Positions 8,715 through 22,037 are shown, counted from the stretch's first letter. The stretch: 64,000 nucleotides of DNA from Ilumatobacteraceae bacterium (GCA_963764455.1 CAVXSN010000019.1:3369-67368); one strand, 5' to 3'. A program made the numbers and translations. The notes: a model not told the origin generated them from the sequence alone.

Positions 8715-9896
8715 GTGCCTCGATTCGAGCCGTTCCGCGCCCTCCGCTACGCCGCAACCGACCTCGGGGATCTCGATCGCACCGCCCTATGACGTGTTGT
8801 CGGCCGACGACGTCGCCACGCTCGCCGCCCGCAGCGACCACAACATCGTGCACGTCGACGTGCCCGCGGGCGGCGACGACCGCTACGAGCGTGCCGCCCG
8901 GATCCTGCACGCCTGGATGGCCGACGGAGTCCTTGTCCTTGACGACGTCGACGTCGTTCACGATCTACCGGATGCGCTTCACCGACGCGGCGGGCTCCGA
9001 TCGTGACCTCGTCGGCGTGCTCGGGGGCCATCGAGGTGGTCGATGACGGCGCAGGCGGCGTGCTCCCCCACGAGCGCACCACGCCGAAGGCATCGACCGA
9101 CCGCCTCGACCTCACGCGGGCGACGAGGGCCAACCTCTCCCCCGTGTGGGGGCTGTCGCTCGCCCGAGGCCTCACCGCGTTGCTGCGCGAGCCGGCCGAG
9201 GCGGTCGGCGCGGTGGCCGTCGACGGGGTCACGCACATCGTCGAGCGAGTGAGCGATCCGGCGCGGGTGGCCACGATCCGCGACCACGTCAGCCCGCACG
9301 ATGTGCTGATCGCCGACGGCCACCATCGGTACGGCATCTCGCGCATCTACCGCGACGAGGTCCGGGCCGCGACCGGACGCACCGACTCCCCCGCCGAGCT
9401 CACGTTGGCGTTCGTCGGCGAGCTGATCGTCGACCAGCTCAGCGTCGAGGCGATCCACCGGCTGTACACGGGCGTCACCGCCGGCGAGTTGCTGGACACG
9501 TTGTCGCACTCCTTCGACATCGATTCGATCGATCCGACCTCCCCTGCGACGCTCGCGGCGATGGAGCACGACGGGTTCCTCGCGTTCGTCGGGCCCGACG
9601 GCGCCCAGCGCCTGACGCCGAGGCCGGACGCGTTCGACGGTGTCCGTGCGCTCGACGGCGCGTACCTCGAGCACGCGCTCGCCGGATGTGGCGTCGAGGT
9701 CACCTACCAGCACGGACTCGACGAGGTCGTCAAGGCGGTCGACGGCGGCGAGGCCGCGGCGGCGGTGCTGATCCGGCCGGTCAGCGTCGCCGAGATCGAG
9801 CGCACCGCCCGCGAAGGCGTCCTGATGCCGCCGAAGAGCACGTTCTTCACCCCGAAACTCCGCACCGGCTTCGTGATCCGCCCGCTGGGAGACTGA
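8715..9896 (+). CDS. DUF1015 family protein, frameshifted
   Basis: PRFEPFRALRY, APPYDV, PHERT, IADGHHRY, MPPKSTFFTPKLRTG. Confidence 0.9.
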
Positions 9897-9923
9897 GGCA
9901 CGGGCCGCCGCGGGCGGAAACGC

Positions 9924-11222
9924 CTATCCCAGTTTGATGACGAAGAACGCCTGGCCCGGCCTGAGGCGCTGGAGGACGTAGATCAGGTTGTCGTTGCTGA
10001 GCGACACACAGCCCGACGTCGCTCTCGCATTCCCGCCGGCGTCGTACGAGTGGCGGTGCAGGAAGATCGCAGCGGCGAGGGGAGGTTCGCCGACCGCGTC
10101 ACCAGAACGATTCGGCCCCAGGTTGGCGCCGATGATCGCGGCTCGCGAGTAGGCCTGCTGGAAGTTGATGAGGTACTCATCGGGGCTGGCACAGTTCGCG
10201 GCCGTGCGGGTGACGAGCGAGTTGTAGACGGCCGATTCGGAGTCGCCGCCCAGCAGTCGCCCGGCTCGACCTGCCGCCACGTTCCCCGGACCCCGGGGTT
10301 GACCCCGTTGCCGAAGAACTGGAAGATCTGGCCATCGGGCGCCGCATCGTTCCGAGCGGGAAGATGCCGGCCGGCGTGGTGCCGTCGCCGGATCGGCGTC
10401 GGGACAGGGCGCGCGTGCCGTTGCGGCCGACCCGCCCGGCCATGTCCATCCGCGAGCACGTCCACTTCGAGCCGTCGTGGACGAGCAGATCGACGTCGGC
10501 ACGGCTCCCACCCGTGGGCGTCACGATGACGACCTGGCGGGCGGTGGCGGGAACGCCCGGCGGGGGGCGAGCAGCCGTTCGGACGGGGCCGGCGTGGTCG
10601 AGCTCCCAAGATGCCGAGCGACGACAAGGTCTGCCGCCCGGCGACGCCGTCCACCACCAAGCCCCTCGCCTGCTGGTAGCTGCGCACCGCGGCGAACGTC
10701 CTGCTGCCGAACCTCCCGTCGGCCGGGCCGGCCGGGTAGCCGGCCGCGTTGAGCGCCCACTGGAGACACCTCACCTGCTCGCCCGTCGACCCGATGCGCA
10801 GCGTCGTGCCCACCTTGCAACCGCTGCCGCTCGCCGGCGGCGCGGTCGACGTGCCCCAGATGCCGAGCGCGGCGCCGGTCTGGCGGCCGACGAGGCCATC
10901 GACCGTCAGCCCCTTGGCCTGCTGGAACGCGCGAACCGCCCGGTACGTCATCGGGCCGAACGCGCCGTCGACCGGGCCGGCGTTGTACCCCAGCGCGTTG
11001 AGCGTCGTCTGGAGGCACTGCACGGCCGTCGCCCCTCGATCCGAGCCCGAGGTTCGTCGAGATCGAGCAGGCGGCGTCGATTCGCGGGGCGTCGTAAGCG
11101 TCTCCGACGAGCACCCCGGCGACGCTCGCGAGCGCGACGCCGAGCATCGCCGCCACCCGCAGCGGCGAGCGCCTTGCGTGCGCGTCGAGCGCGTCGATGG
11201 CCGGTCGGTCACGTGTCGGCAT
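9924..11222 (-). CDS. Secreted peptidoglycan-binding protein with C-terminal L,D-transpeptidase-like domain, frameshifted
   Basis: Two PG_binding_1 repeats (VDGAFGPMTYRAVRAFQQAKGLTVDG); AIFLH...TSGCVSL catalytic motif. Confidence 0.82.
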
Positions 11223-11257
11223 CTGGTCAGTATCGCGGACAGCGGGGCAACGGCAGC

Positions 11258-12340
11258 TCAGGCGAGCGTGCCGACGTTGTTCAGCTCCTCGAAGGCCAGC
11301 GTCAGCCGCTCGACGAACGACTCCTCCGCCGCCCGCAACCAGACCCTCGGGTCGTACAGCTTCTTGTTCGGCCTGTCAGGCCCCTCCGGGTTGCCGATCT
11401 GGCCCTGCAGGTAGTCGTGGTTGCCGGCCTCGAACCGGCGGATGCCGTCCCAGAACGCCCACTGCAGATCGGTGTCGATGTTCATCTTGACGACGCCGTA
11501 CGAGATCGCCTCCTTGATCTCGTCCGGGGTCGAGCCCGATCCGCCGTGGAAGACGAAGTCGACGGGACGATCGGTCGGCGTGCCCAGCTTGCCGGCGATG
11601 TACTCCTGGCTGTCGCGCAGGATCGCTCGGGGTGAGCTTGACGTTGCCCGGCTTGTACACGCCGTGGACGTTGCCGAACGCGGCGGCGATCGTGAACCGG
11701 TCGCTCACCTCCATCAGCTCGCTGTAGGCGTACTCGACCTCCTCGGGCTTCGAGTAGAGATCGGCCTGGTCCTTGCCGGAGTTGTCGACGCCGTCCTCCT
11801 CACCCCCGGTGATGCCGAGCTCGACCTCCAGCGTCATCCCCATCGCCGACATGCGCTCGAGGTACTTCTTGCAGGTCGACACGTTCTCGTCCATCGGCTC
11901 CTCCGAGAGGTCGAGCATGTGCGACGAGAACAGCGGCGCGCCCGGTGGCGGCGAAGTGCGCTTCGCCGGCGTCGAGCAGGCCGTCGACCCAACCGAGCTT
12001 GTCCTTCGCGCAGTGATCGGTGTGCAGGATCACCCTGGCGCCGTACGCCTCGGCCAGCGCGTTCACGTGGGCGGCGCCGGCGAGCGCGCCGAGGATCGAC
12101 GCCCGGTCACCCTTGCCGATGCCCTTGCCGGCGATGAACGCGGCGCCGGAGTACGAGAACTGGATGATCACCGGCGAGTTGAGCTTGGCGGCGGTCTCCA
12201 TCGCTCCGTTCATCGTGTTGGAACCGGTGACAGTTGGCGGCTGGCAGGGCGAACCCGGCGGCCTTGGCGAGCGCAAAGATGTCCTTGACGTCACCACCGG
12301 TGATGACGCCGGGGGCGAAGTCGCGGCGAATGTCATTCAT
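11258..12340 (-). CDS. fbaA: Class II fructose-bisphosphate aldolase, frameshifted
   Basis: ILHTDHC, MLDLSEE, LEVELGITGGEEDGVDN, FGNVHGVYKPGNV, MNIDTDLQWAFW, YDPRVWLR. Confidence 0.95.
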
Positions 12341-12373
12341 GAAGCTCGATGCTATTCGGGCTCGGCCGGAAGG

Positions 12374-14392
12374 TCACCCGATCTCGTTGACGACGACCGG
12401 TTGACCAGGTCCGGCCACGCTCGCTCTGAACGCCCGGCCGCCGGCGCGGATGCCGTCGACCTCGGCCCGCCCGCTGAGCAAGACCGGCGGTAGGGACGCC
12501 ACGCCGTCACGATCGGGCACCACCGGGGCCAGGGCCCACGCCAGGACCCCTGCCGACGCGGCCGCCCACGCCTGCGGCCGGCACGCCGCCGGGTAGGCGA
12601 CGATGCGGCCGTCGCCGAGCACGCCGTACAGCTCGGGCAGGCGCGGGCCGAAGACCTCGGTCGCCTGAACCAGCCCGCCCAGGAGCGTCGATGCCTGGCC
12701 GGTGAGTCCTGCGAGCACCATGCCGCGGGCGCAGATCGCGGTGTCGTGTGGCCATACGGAACCGTTGTGGTAACTGATCGGGTTGTACCGGACGCTGGCC
12801 TCCGACAATGTCCGCAGGCCGCCGGCACAGGCCAGCTCGCCGACCAGCCGATCGGCCACGGTCCGCTCGTCGTCGGCGTCGAGCAGGCCCGTTCCGATGA
12901 CGTGACCGGCGTTCGACGACACCGAGGTGATCGCGCGCTTGTCGCCATCGAGCCCGATCGCGATGAACCGACCGCGATCGTCCTCCAGCCAGAACGATGC
13001 GTGGAACGCCTCGCGCAGGCGTTCCACGAAGACTCGGAGCTCGACCGCGCCCGGCTCTCCGAATTGCTCGAGCAGATCGGCCGCGCCGAGCGCCGCCTCG
13101 TAGGCGTAGCCCTGCACCTCACAGAGCGCGATCGGGGCCGCGGCGAGCCGGCCATCCTGCCAGTTGACGCTGTCGCCGGAGTCCTTCCAGCCCTGATTCG
13201 ACAGACCATGTCCGGGGTCCCCGAGGTACTCACACAGCCCGTCGCCATCGGGGTCGGCGCCGTCGAGCAGCCATCCGGCGGCCGCCCTGAGCGATGGGAG
13301 CAGGGCGACAACTGCGTCGGTCGGCGCGCCCAACGCCACGCGTCGATCAGCGTGCACATCCACAGCGGCGTGGCATCGACACTGCCGTAGTAGCCGGCGG
13401 GCAGGCTGACCTCGGGGGATCGAAGCCGGCGCTTCGCAACTCGTGCAGGATCCGTCCCGGCGCCTCTTCCGCTCGTTGGTCGTGCTTCGTGCCCTGGCGA
13501 CGGGCGAGCACGCGCAGCGTCGACTCGGCGAGTCCGGTGCCGAACGGAATCATGAAGCGCGCGGCCCACAGCGAATCACGTCCGAACAGCGTGAAGAACC
13601 ACGGCGATCCGGCGGCGACGAACACGTCCTCTTGTCGTTGCGGGTCGGCCAGCGCCAAACGCTGGAGCTCGGCGACGCTCCACGACACGAAGCGATCGAC
13701 GCGCGGGTCGTCCGAGGTGACGACGAGCGAGAACGACGGAGAGACGGTGGGGGCGTGTGGCCGAAAACTGCCGTCGTCCGGCTGGCTCGCCACGACGTCG
13801 ACGACCATGCGCTCGATCGCCTCCGGTCTCAGTTCGACCGTCCACGTCAACGCTCCGCCGGACTCGTCCAGGTCCGGTGAGCCGGTGGGCCTGACGTCCA
13901 CCACGTAGCCCTCGCTGGCGAAGCGCAGCCCGCGCTCATGACGGATCGCGTCGACCGGTGCGCCGTCCGGCTGCCCCGCCTTCACCGCCGCCGTCGACGA
14001 CAGGTCACATCCGGCGCTGATGCGAATCGCCACGGTCCGCGCCACGAGATCGAAGCTGTGCACGACGACGGTCTCGCTGAAACCGCTGGCGTGCTGGACC
14101 CGAGTGCGCTCGAGCAGAACACAGGGATCCGGAGTTGTTCGGTGCCGTCGCGAACGATCGCCGTCGTCACCAGCGAGTAAGGGGCCACCAGCTCGCTGGC
14201 GAGGACCTCCGGCGGCAGATCGTTGACGGTGAGCACCCAGCGGTCGAGCAGGCGCCGATCGCCGAGATAGAACCCCGCAGCCGCGCCACGTACCTCGCCG
14301 TCGCCGTCCGCCAAGGTCGCCGACGGGGCCAGGACGCAAGAGGTCAGACGGTGGACGAGAGGTTGTCTCGCGAGCTGCGATCGATCAGCCAT
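12374..14392 (-). CDS. Amylo-alpha-1,6-glucosidase / glycogen-debranching-like enzyme, frameshifted
   Basis: AAGSPWFFTLFGRDSLW, EEAPGRILHELR, YYGSVDATPLW, NQGWKDSGD, EVQGYAY, YHNGSVWPHDT, CRPQAW. Confidence 0.9.
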
Positions 14393-14417
14393 CGGTTGGC
14401 TCCCGTGCGTCGCCTTC

Positions 14418-14447
14418 TTGACTTGAACGATCAAATTACCATACAGT
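14418..14447 (+). promoter_or_regulatory. Sigma70-type promoter TTGACT-N18-TACAGT containing a LacI-type operator TTGAACGATCAA (14423-14434)
   Basis: Near-perfect palindrome with central CG between divergent GDE and lacI-family genes; matches the site at 15523. Confidence 0.65.
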
Positions 14448-14475
14448 TCTGGGCGTCGCGAGGGGGAACAACGGG

Positions 14476-15500
14476 ATGACCACCCGTGGACAGTCGAGCG
14501 CGCACAAGCCGACCGTCGAGACGGTCGCGGACCTCGCCGGCGTGTCACGCCAAACCGTGTCGAACGTCATTCGCAAACCCGAGCGTGTTCGCCCCGAGAA
14601 CGCGTGCGCGGGTCCAGCAGGCCATCGACGAGCTGCTGAGGTACCGCCCCAATCGGACAGCCAGGGCGTTGAAGGTCCGCACGACCAACACGCTGGCGTA
14701 CCGATGCCATCAGGCCGGCGAGATCGAGAACCTGCTCCTCGACCGGTTCCTCCACGACCTCTGCCGGGCCGCCGCCGCCCGCGACTTCCACATCGTGCTC
14801 ATCAGTCCGCTCGACGCCGCCGGCGAGCTGGCCGACTACGACCGGCTGTTTCGCTCCGGCACCGTCGACGGCTTCGTGCTCTCCGGCACGATGCCCGGTG
14901 ACGAACGGCTCCGCCATCTCGGTCAGCGAGCGCATCCCGTTCGTGTCGTTCGGCCGGAACTGGGACGATCCGAAGGCCAGCCTGTGGGTCGACGTCGACG
15001 GCGCGGCCGGGATCAGCGAGGCGGTGTCCTACTTCTGGACGGCGGGCCACCGGCGCATCGCATGGCTCGGAGGCATCGGCGCCACCGGGGCAGGACTCGA
15101 CCGGCAGCTCGGATACCGCGACACGATCGGCCGGCTGGATGGACCGGCGCTCGAGTTCGAGTGTCTCGACAACATCGACAGCGCCAAGGCCACGGCTGCG
15201 CGGGTGCTCGATCTTGCTGACCCGCCGACCGCGATCGTGTGCGCCACCGACGTCCTCGCCGTCGGATGCGCCCTCGCCGCCGACCAGCGGGGATTGAAGC
15301 TCGGGGTGCAGCTCGGTGTGACCGGATTCGACGACAGCCGCTTGGTGACGGCACATTCGCCCCCGCTCTCGTCGATCAGGCAGCCCACCGAGGCGGTGGC
15401 CCAGGCGCTCGTCGACGGCTTCATCGCCGCTCACCTCAACGGTGAGCACGTCGAGCCCGTCGTTCTCCCCCCGACCTTGATCCACCGTGGCTCTTCGTGA
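14476..15500 (+). CDS. LacI-family transcriptional regulator, frameshifted
   Basis: PTVETVADLAGVSRQTVSNV HTH; YRPNRTARAL hinge; PTAIVCATD, VTGFDDS, PLSSIRQP. Confidence 0.93.
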
Positions 15501-15522
15501 TCAGCATCCGATGCCTCATGAT

Positions 15523-15534
15523 TTGAACGTTCAT
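15523..15534. promoter_or_regulatory. Second LacI-type operator TTGAACGTTCAT upstream of the ABC operon
   Basis: Perfect TGAACGTTCA palindrome 15524-15533. Confidence 0.65.
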
Positions 15535-15586
15535 AGCCAGCACCTCGACAGACCGAACCGGAACCCAACACAAGGAGACAGTGCCC

Positions 15587-16826
15587 ATGAAGACACGACG
15601 AAACGTCGTCGCCGGAGCGATCGCCGCGTCGGTGGCGATCGCGACGGCAGCCGCTCAGCCGGTCGGTCGCCGGAGAACCCGCGTCCGGCGGACGGCCAGA
15701 CCTCAACGTGATGATCGCGTCGTCGGGCCCGGCCGAGACCGAGGCCGTCGACGCCGCCGATCGCGGCGTGGGAGGCCGAGTCGGGCAACACGGTCGAGCT
15801 CGTCGCCGCCGACGACATGAACCTCCAGCTCGGACAGGCGCTCGCCGGCGGCGACCCGCCGGACGTCTTCTACGTCAACCTCGACAAGTTCCAGGAGTAC
15901 GCATCGGGTGGCAGCCTCGCCCCGATCGGTGACCAGATCACCGATCCCGACGACTTCTACCCCGCGCTGCACGAGTGCGTTCACGTACGAGGACCAGCTG
16001 TACTGCCCGCCCAAGGACTTCTCGACGCTGGCGTTGGTCATCAACACCGACATGTGGACGGAGGCCGGGCTCACCGACGCCGACTACCCGACCACCTGGG
16101 ACCAGCTGGCCGAGGTCGCCGCGACACTGACCACCGACGATCACGTCGGGCTCGCTTCCGGCGGCAACCCGGGACCGGGTCGGCGCGTTCCTCGTGGCCG
16201 GGGGCGGCTACTTCGTCAGCGAGGACCAGACCGAGGTCACCGCGGACACGCCGGAGAACCTCGCCGCGCTGGAGTTCATCAAGAGCCTGCTCGATTCGGA
16301 CAGCTACGAGTTCACCGAGAACATGGACCTCGGCTGGGGCGGCGAGGCGCTGGGAACCGGCGCCGCGGCGATGACGATCGAGGGCAACTGGATCCGGGGC
16401 GCGATGACGAACGACTATCCGGACGTCAACTACACCGTGCTCGAGCTGCCCGAAGGGCCCGCCGGCCGGGGTTCGATGGCGTTCACCCAGTGCTGGGGCG
16501 TCGCCGCGGCCAGCGACCAGCAGGAAGCCGCTGTCGACTTCGTGAACTTCATGACCGCCGCCGAGCAGCAGGTCGCGCTGGCCAACGCGTTCGGCGTGAT
16601 GCCGTCACGGGCGTCGGCCGCCGACGCGTTCCTCGCCGACAACCCGGACTTCGAGCCGTTCATCTCGGCGGCCGACTACGCCAGGGCGCAGGTGAGCCTG
16701 CCGGCTTTCACCGCCGTGCTGACCGAGTTCGACGCGCAGTTGGTGGCGATGTCGAACGGCGACGCCGAGCCGGCGGACATCCTGGCTGACCTCCAGTCCA
16801 ACGGCGAGGACGCCCTCGAGGGCTGA
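15587..16826 (+). CDS. Carbohydrate ABC transporter substrate-binding protein, frameshifted
   Basis: Signal peptide; [30 protein letters not shown]; RBS AAGGAG. Confidence 0.88.
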
Positions 16827-16845
16827 CCCGTCCGGACTGCGACCC

Positions 16846-16890
16846 CCGCGGTGAGCGCGGGCCTGCCCCTGGGGCTCGCGCTCACCGCGG
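16846..16890 (+). terminator. 18-bp stem-loop after the SBP gene (mRNA stabiliser or attenuator)
   Basis: CCGCGGTGAGCGCGGGCC-N9-GGCTCGCGCTCACCGCGG, one G-U pair. Confidence 0.65.
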
Positions 16891-16948
16891 CCGCTCGCGC
16901 CCGCATCGACGGAAACGAAGCGAGTGACCGATGACGGCAGTGACGAAC

Positions 16949-18043
16949 ATGGCCAGCAACACCGGCGCCGTCGAGGTGCGCTGAGCGCGGCCGCCACGAT
17001 GCGGCCTCGCCGGGCCGGCGGGGCGGGCTCGGCGGACGCTCCCGCCCGGGGGAACGGCTGTGGGGCTGGATCTTCATGAGCCCCGCCGCTGGTCTTTCTC
17101 GTCGTCTTCCTGATCGTGCCGATCCTGCTCGCGCTCTACGTCAGCTTCACGAAGTGGAACGGGCAGGGCGGGCCGTTCTCCGATCAGGCCGAGCGGGTCG
17201 GCCTCGACAACTACTGCGAGCTGCTGCTCGAGGACGGCTTGACCCGCAAGAACTTCGTGTCCTCGGTGCGCAACAACTTCTACTTCGTGCTCTTCGTCGT
17301 TCCGATCCAGACCGCCCTCGCGCTCTTCCTCGCGCTGATCGTCAACCAGAGACGGCTGCGCGGCAAGGGCTTCTTCCGGACCGCGTACTACATGCCGTCG
17401 GTGTCGAGCTCGATCGCCATCGGGTTCATCTTCCTGTTCCTGTTCCAACGGGACGGTGCGATCAACACGATCCTGTCGGCCTTCGGCGGCGGCGATCGGC
17501 AGTGGTTCAACAACGGCGAGGGGACCTTCCACGCGTTCGCCGGGCTCGTCGGGATCGACGAGGCGCCGGCCTTCCTCGCCGACCACGGGTTCATGGGGAT
17601 GGACTGGTGGGATTGGCTGAGCGGCCCGTCGTGGACGATGGTCGTCATCATCGTCCTCGTCATCTGGACCGACGTCAGGGACGTTCATGCTGATGCTCCT
17701 CGCCGGGTTGCAGGCGGTGCCGGAGGACGTCCACGAGGCGGCGGCGATCGACGGCGCCACCCGCTGGCAGACGCTGCGCCACGTCACGCTGCCGCTCCTC
17801 AAGAAGCACGTCATCCTCGTGGTCACGCTCGGCCTGATCGGCACCTGGCAGGTGTTCGACCAGATCTACGTGATGAGCGACGGCGCCGGCGAGACGATGA
17901 CGCCGGCGTACCTGACCTACGTCACCGGTCTCGAGGAGAGCCGTTTCGGACGGGCGTCGGCGCTGGCGTTCATCGTGTTCCTCATCATCCTCGTGTTCAC
18001 CGTGTTCCAGCGGATCGTCACCCGCGACAAGGACTCGTCATGA
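16949..18043 (+). CDS. Sugar ABC permease 1, frameshifted; start approximate
   Basis: FFRTAYYMPSV; EAA motif LQAVPEDVHEAAAIDGATRWQTLRHVTLPLLK. Confidence 0.9.
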
Positions 18044-18925
18044 CCGCCACCCACCAATTGACCCCGTCGGTTCGGCCCAGCCGGGCCCAGCGGGCCAAGC
18101 GGACGACCAGCTACACGATCCTGGCGCTCTTCTCGCTGATCTACATCGGCCCGTTCCTGATCACGATCGCGACCTCGTTCAAGACCGACAGCGAGGCGGT
18201 CGCCGATCCGCTCTCGCTGGTGCCCGACCCGTTCACGCTCGATGCGTGGAAGGAGCTCTTCGGGATCGTCGACTCCCAGGTCGACATCCGGCTCGGGCGC
18301 TGGACGGTCAACTCCGTGTTCATCACGCTGTGCGTGACGGCCGGGCGCGTCGGGCTGGCCGCCATGGCCGGCTACGCCCTCGCCCGGCTCGACTTCCCCG
18401 GGCGGCGCACGATCTTCGCGGTGATCCTCGGGGTGATGATGGTTCCCGGGGTCGTGCTGCTGATCCCGCGGTTCCTCGTGCTCAAGGAGCTCAGCCTGCG
18501 CAACACGTACCCCGGCATGATCCTGCCGCTGGTGATCGACTGCGCGGCGATCTACCTGATGAAGCAGAACTTCGAGCAGATCCCCAAGTCGGTCGAGGAG
18601 GCCGCCGCGATCGACGGCGCCAACATCTTCCGCACCTGGCGCTACGTGGTGTTGCCGATGGCCAAGCCAGGTCTGATCGCGATCACGATCCTCTCGGTGC
18701 AGGGAGCGTGGAACGAGTTCACGATGTTCCTCGTCGCCACGGACGACCCGCAGTACAAGACGCTCGTGCTCGGCCTGGCCCAGTTCCGCGGCGGTCTCGG
18801 ATCGGGCCAGTCGATTCCCGCTGTTCATGGCCATGACGCTCGTCGTGACGATCCCGATCGTCATCGTGTTCTTCACGTTCCAGCGCTACTTCACCGGCGA
18901 CGCCAGCAGGGGCGTGGAGAAGTAG
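18040..18925 (+). CDS. Sugar ABC permease 2
   Basis: AGYALARLDFPGR; IPKSVEEAAAIDGA; WNEF; one indel near the C-terminus. Confidence 0.9.
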
Positions 18926-18933
18926 CGTCGCCG

Positions 18934-20713
18934 TCAGCCCTTGGCGGCTGGCGGCAGCACGCGGACGCCGAGCAGGTCGAGCTGCGCCTGGGCGACCGGC
19001 AAGGGCGAGTTCGTCATCGGGTCGGCGCCGGACTGGGTCTTCGGGAACGCGATCACCTCGCGGATGTTCTCCTCGCCGGCGAGGATCGCGACCAGGCGGT
19101 CGATCCCGACGGCGAATCCGCCGTGCGGCGGCGCGCCGAATTCGAACGGGTTGAGGAAGAAACCGAACTTGCGATTGGCCTGCTCCTCGTCGATGCCGAG
19201 CAGCGCGAAGATGCGCCGCTGCTGGTCGCTCTGGTGGATTCGGATCGAACCGGACCCGAGCTCCCAGCCGTTGAGCACGAGGTCGTAGGCCTGCGAGCGA
19301 ACGCTCATCGGGTCGCTCTCGAGCCGGTCCACGTCGTCCGGATGCGGCTGTGTGAACGGATGGTGGGCTGGCTTCGGGGTGCCCGGTGCCCGGATCGACA
19401 CCGACGAACATCGGGAAGTCGACGACCCACAGATAGCGGTACGGACCCTCCCACACCGGCGGGCGGCCGAGGTCGTTGCGCAGCTGCCCGAGCACCTCGC
19501 ACGCGACGTCCCACTCGTCGGCGACGATGAGCACGAGGTCGCCCGCGCCGACCGCGAGCCGGTCGTTGATCGCTTTCATCTCGGCATCGGAGAGGAACTT
19601 GGCGACCGGTGACTCGAACGTGCCGTCACCGGTTGCCTTCAACCACACGAGGCCCTTCGCACCGAGGCTCTTCGCGTGGTCGGTGAGCTTGTCGAGCTGG
19701 TTGCGGCCGAACTCGCCGGCCTTGCGGGACACGTTGATTCCCTTGATCGTCGCTGCCGAGGCGAACGCCTTGAACTCGGTCCCGGCGAACGCGTCGGTGA
19801 GGTCGATCAGCTCCATGCCGAAGCGCACGTCGGGCTTGTCGACACCGAAGCGGTTCATCGCCTCGTGCCACGTCATCCGTTCGATCGTCGGCCGCTCGCC
19901 CGTGACCGCTTCGTTCGCCGCGAGCACGGCCTCGGAGATCGCCGCCAGCACGTCGTCCTGCGACACGAAGCTCATCTCGACATCGAGCTGCATGAACTCG
20001 TACTGGCGATCGGCGCGCAGGTCCTCGTCACGCAGGCAGCGGGCGATCTGGTAGTAGCGGTCGAATCCCGCCACCATCAGGAGCTGCTTGAACAGCTGCG
20101 GCGATTGGGGCAGCGCGTAGAACGAGCCGGGTTCCTTGCGGGACGGCACGAGGAACTCCCGGGCGCCCTCCGGCGTCGACGGCACCAGCATCGGCGTCTC
20201 GACCTCGACGAAGCCCTGGGCGTCCATCGCCCGGCGGAACGCGCCGTTGACGGCAGCGCGGATGCGGATGTTTCGTTGCATGCGCTCGCGGCGCAGGTCG
20301 AGGTAGCGGTACTGGAGGCGGACGTTCTCGTCGACCTCGTCGGCCCTGGCGTCGATCGGGAACGGCGGCGGGGTCGCCACCCGCAGCACCTCGACCTCGC
20401 ACTCGCCGATCTCGACCTCGCCGGTCGGCAGGTTCGGGTTGACCGTGCCCTCCGGTCGGGCCCGCACGACGCCGGTGATCCGCACGACGTACTCGCTGCG
20501 CACGTCCACGGCGTTGTCGACGACGCACTGGACCACGCCCGAGTAGTCACGGACGTCGATGAACGCCAGGTGCTCGCCGTGCTCCCTGCGCCGGGCGACC
20601 CATCCACACACCGAAACCGTCTCGCCGACGTTGACGTCGCGCAGCTCCCCACACGTGTGCGTGCGCATCGTGGTGGCCCGGGAGATCTCGTCCGTCGTCG
20701 GCTGGTCTGACAC
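18934..20713 (-). CDS. aspS: Aspartate--tRNA ligase, frameshift near 19385
   Basis: [67 protein letters not shown]. Confidence 0.97.
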
Positions 20714-20756
20714 GATCGATCAGGCTACGGGCAGTCGATCGTGTTCTCCTGAGCGT

Positions 20757-22037
20757 TCAGCACCGAGTCGGTGCTCGAGCGCTCAGGAGAACGTCGCGCG
20801 TTCGCTGCATCCTGCTGACGAGCTCGGACCGCGGCACCGCAACCTGCTCGCCACCGGCGCGCAGTGGCCGCACCGTGGCGGTGCCGGCGGCGGTCTCCGA
20901 TTCGCCCACGATGACCGCATATGCGGCGCCGCTGCGGTCCGCCGCCTTCATCTGCGACTTCATGCTCCTGCTGCCGAACGCGCGATCGGCGCGGACGCCG
21001 GCGCGCCGGAGCTCCTCGGTGATCGCGAGCGCCGCCGCGCCCCCGGTCGTGTCGACGACGAACACGTCGACCGTCTGTTCCGGCGCCGCGAACACGCCTT
21101 CGTCGTCACACGCCAGCAGGGTCCGGTCGACGCCCAGCGCGAAACCGATCGCCGGCGTCGGAGGGCCGCCCAGCGCCTCGATCAGCCCGTCGTACCGCCC
21201 GCCGCCGCCGAGCGCGTTCTGCGCGCTGTCGAGCGTGCCCCGGCGAACTCGAACGTCGTCCGCACGTAGTAGTCGAGCCGCGGACGAGTCCGGCGCGATC
21301 GTGTACCGAATCCCGAGTGCGTCGAGTCCATCCTTGACCGCCTCGAAGTGTGCCGCCGTCTCGTCGCCGTAGAACTCGGCGATCGCCGGCGCGGTCGAGA
21401 TCAGAGCGGCGTCCTCGGCGCGCTTCGAGTCGAGGACCCGCAGCGGGTTGCGGGCGAGCGTCTCGCGTCCCTGCTCGGACAGCGCGTCACGATTGGCCTC
21501 GAAGTGCGGCGTAGGGCATCGATGTAGCGGGCCCGCTCGTCAGGGTTGGCGAGCGAGTTCACGAGCAGCGTCACCTGCCGCAAGCCGAGCCGTTCGAGGA
21601 ACCGCCACCCGAGGGCGATCACCTCGACATCCGTACGGGTCGTCGGTCCCGATGACCTCGATGTCGGTCTGGTCGAACTGGCGGTAGCGCCCGCGCTGCG
21701 GGCGCTCGTACCGGAAGTTCGTGCCCGCGGGCCACACCTTCCATGGCGTCACCGGGCGGTGCTCGACAAACGCCCTACCGATCGAGGCCGTGAACTCCGG
21801 ACGCAGCGCGACGTCTCGGCCGCCGTTGTCGGTGAACCGGTACATCTCCTTCTGCACGACGTCGGTCGCCTCGCCGATTCCGGCGAACACACCGGCGTCC
21901 TCCAGGAGCGGGGTGATCAGTTGCCCGTAACCGGCCGCCTCGACCACCTCGGCGAAGACCTCGACGAACCGCCGCCGGCGGGCCGACTCCGGTGGCAGCA
22001 CGTCGAACATTCCCGGACTGGTCTGGAACTGCGGCAC
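20757..22037 (-). CDS. hisS: Histidine--tRNA ligase, several indels
   Basis: TDVVQKEMYRF, LRPEFTAS, FRYERPQRGRYRQF, GLDYY, GGGGRYDGL, anticodon domain KSQMKAAD. Confidence 0.95.

Noticed and set aside
17116-19530. 804-aa ORF spanning both permeases and antisense aspS
   Set aside because: Frame-hopping artefact; the two permeases have separate EAA motifs and an ATGA junction at 18040.
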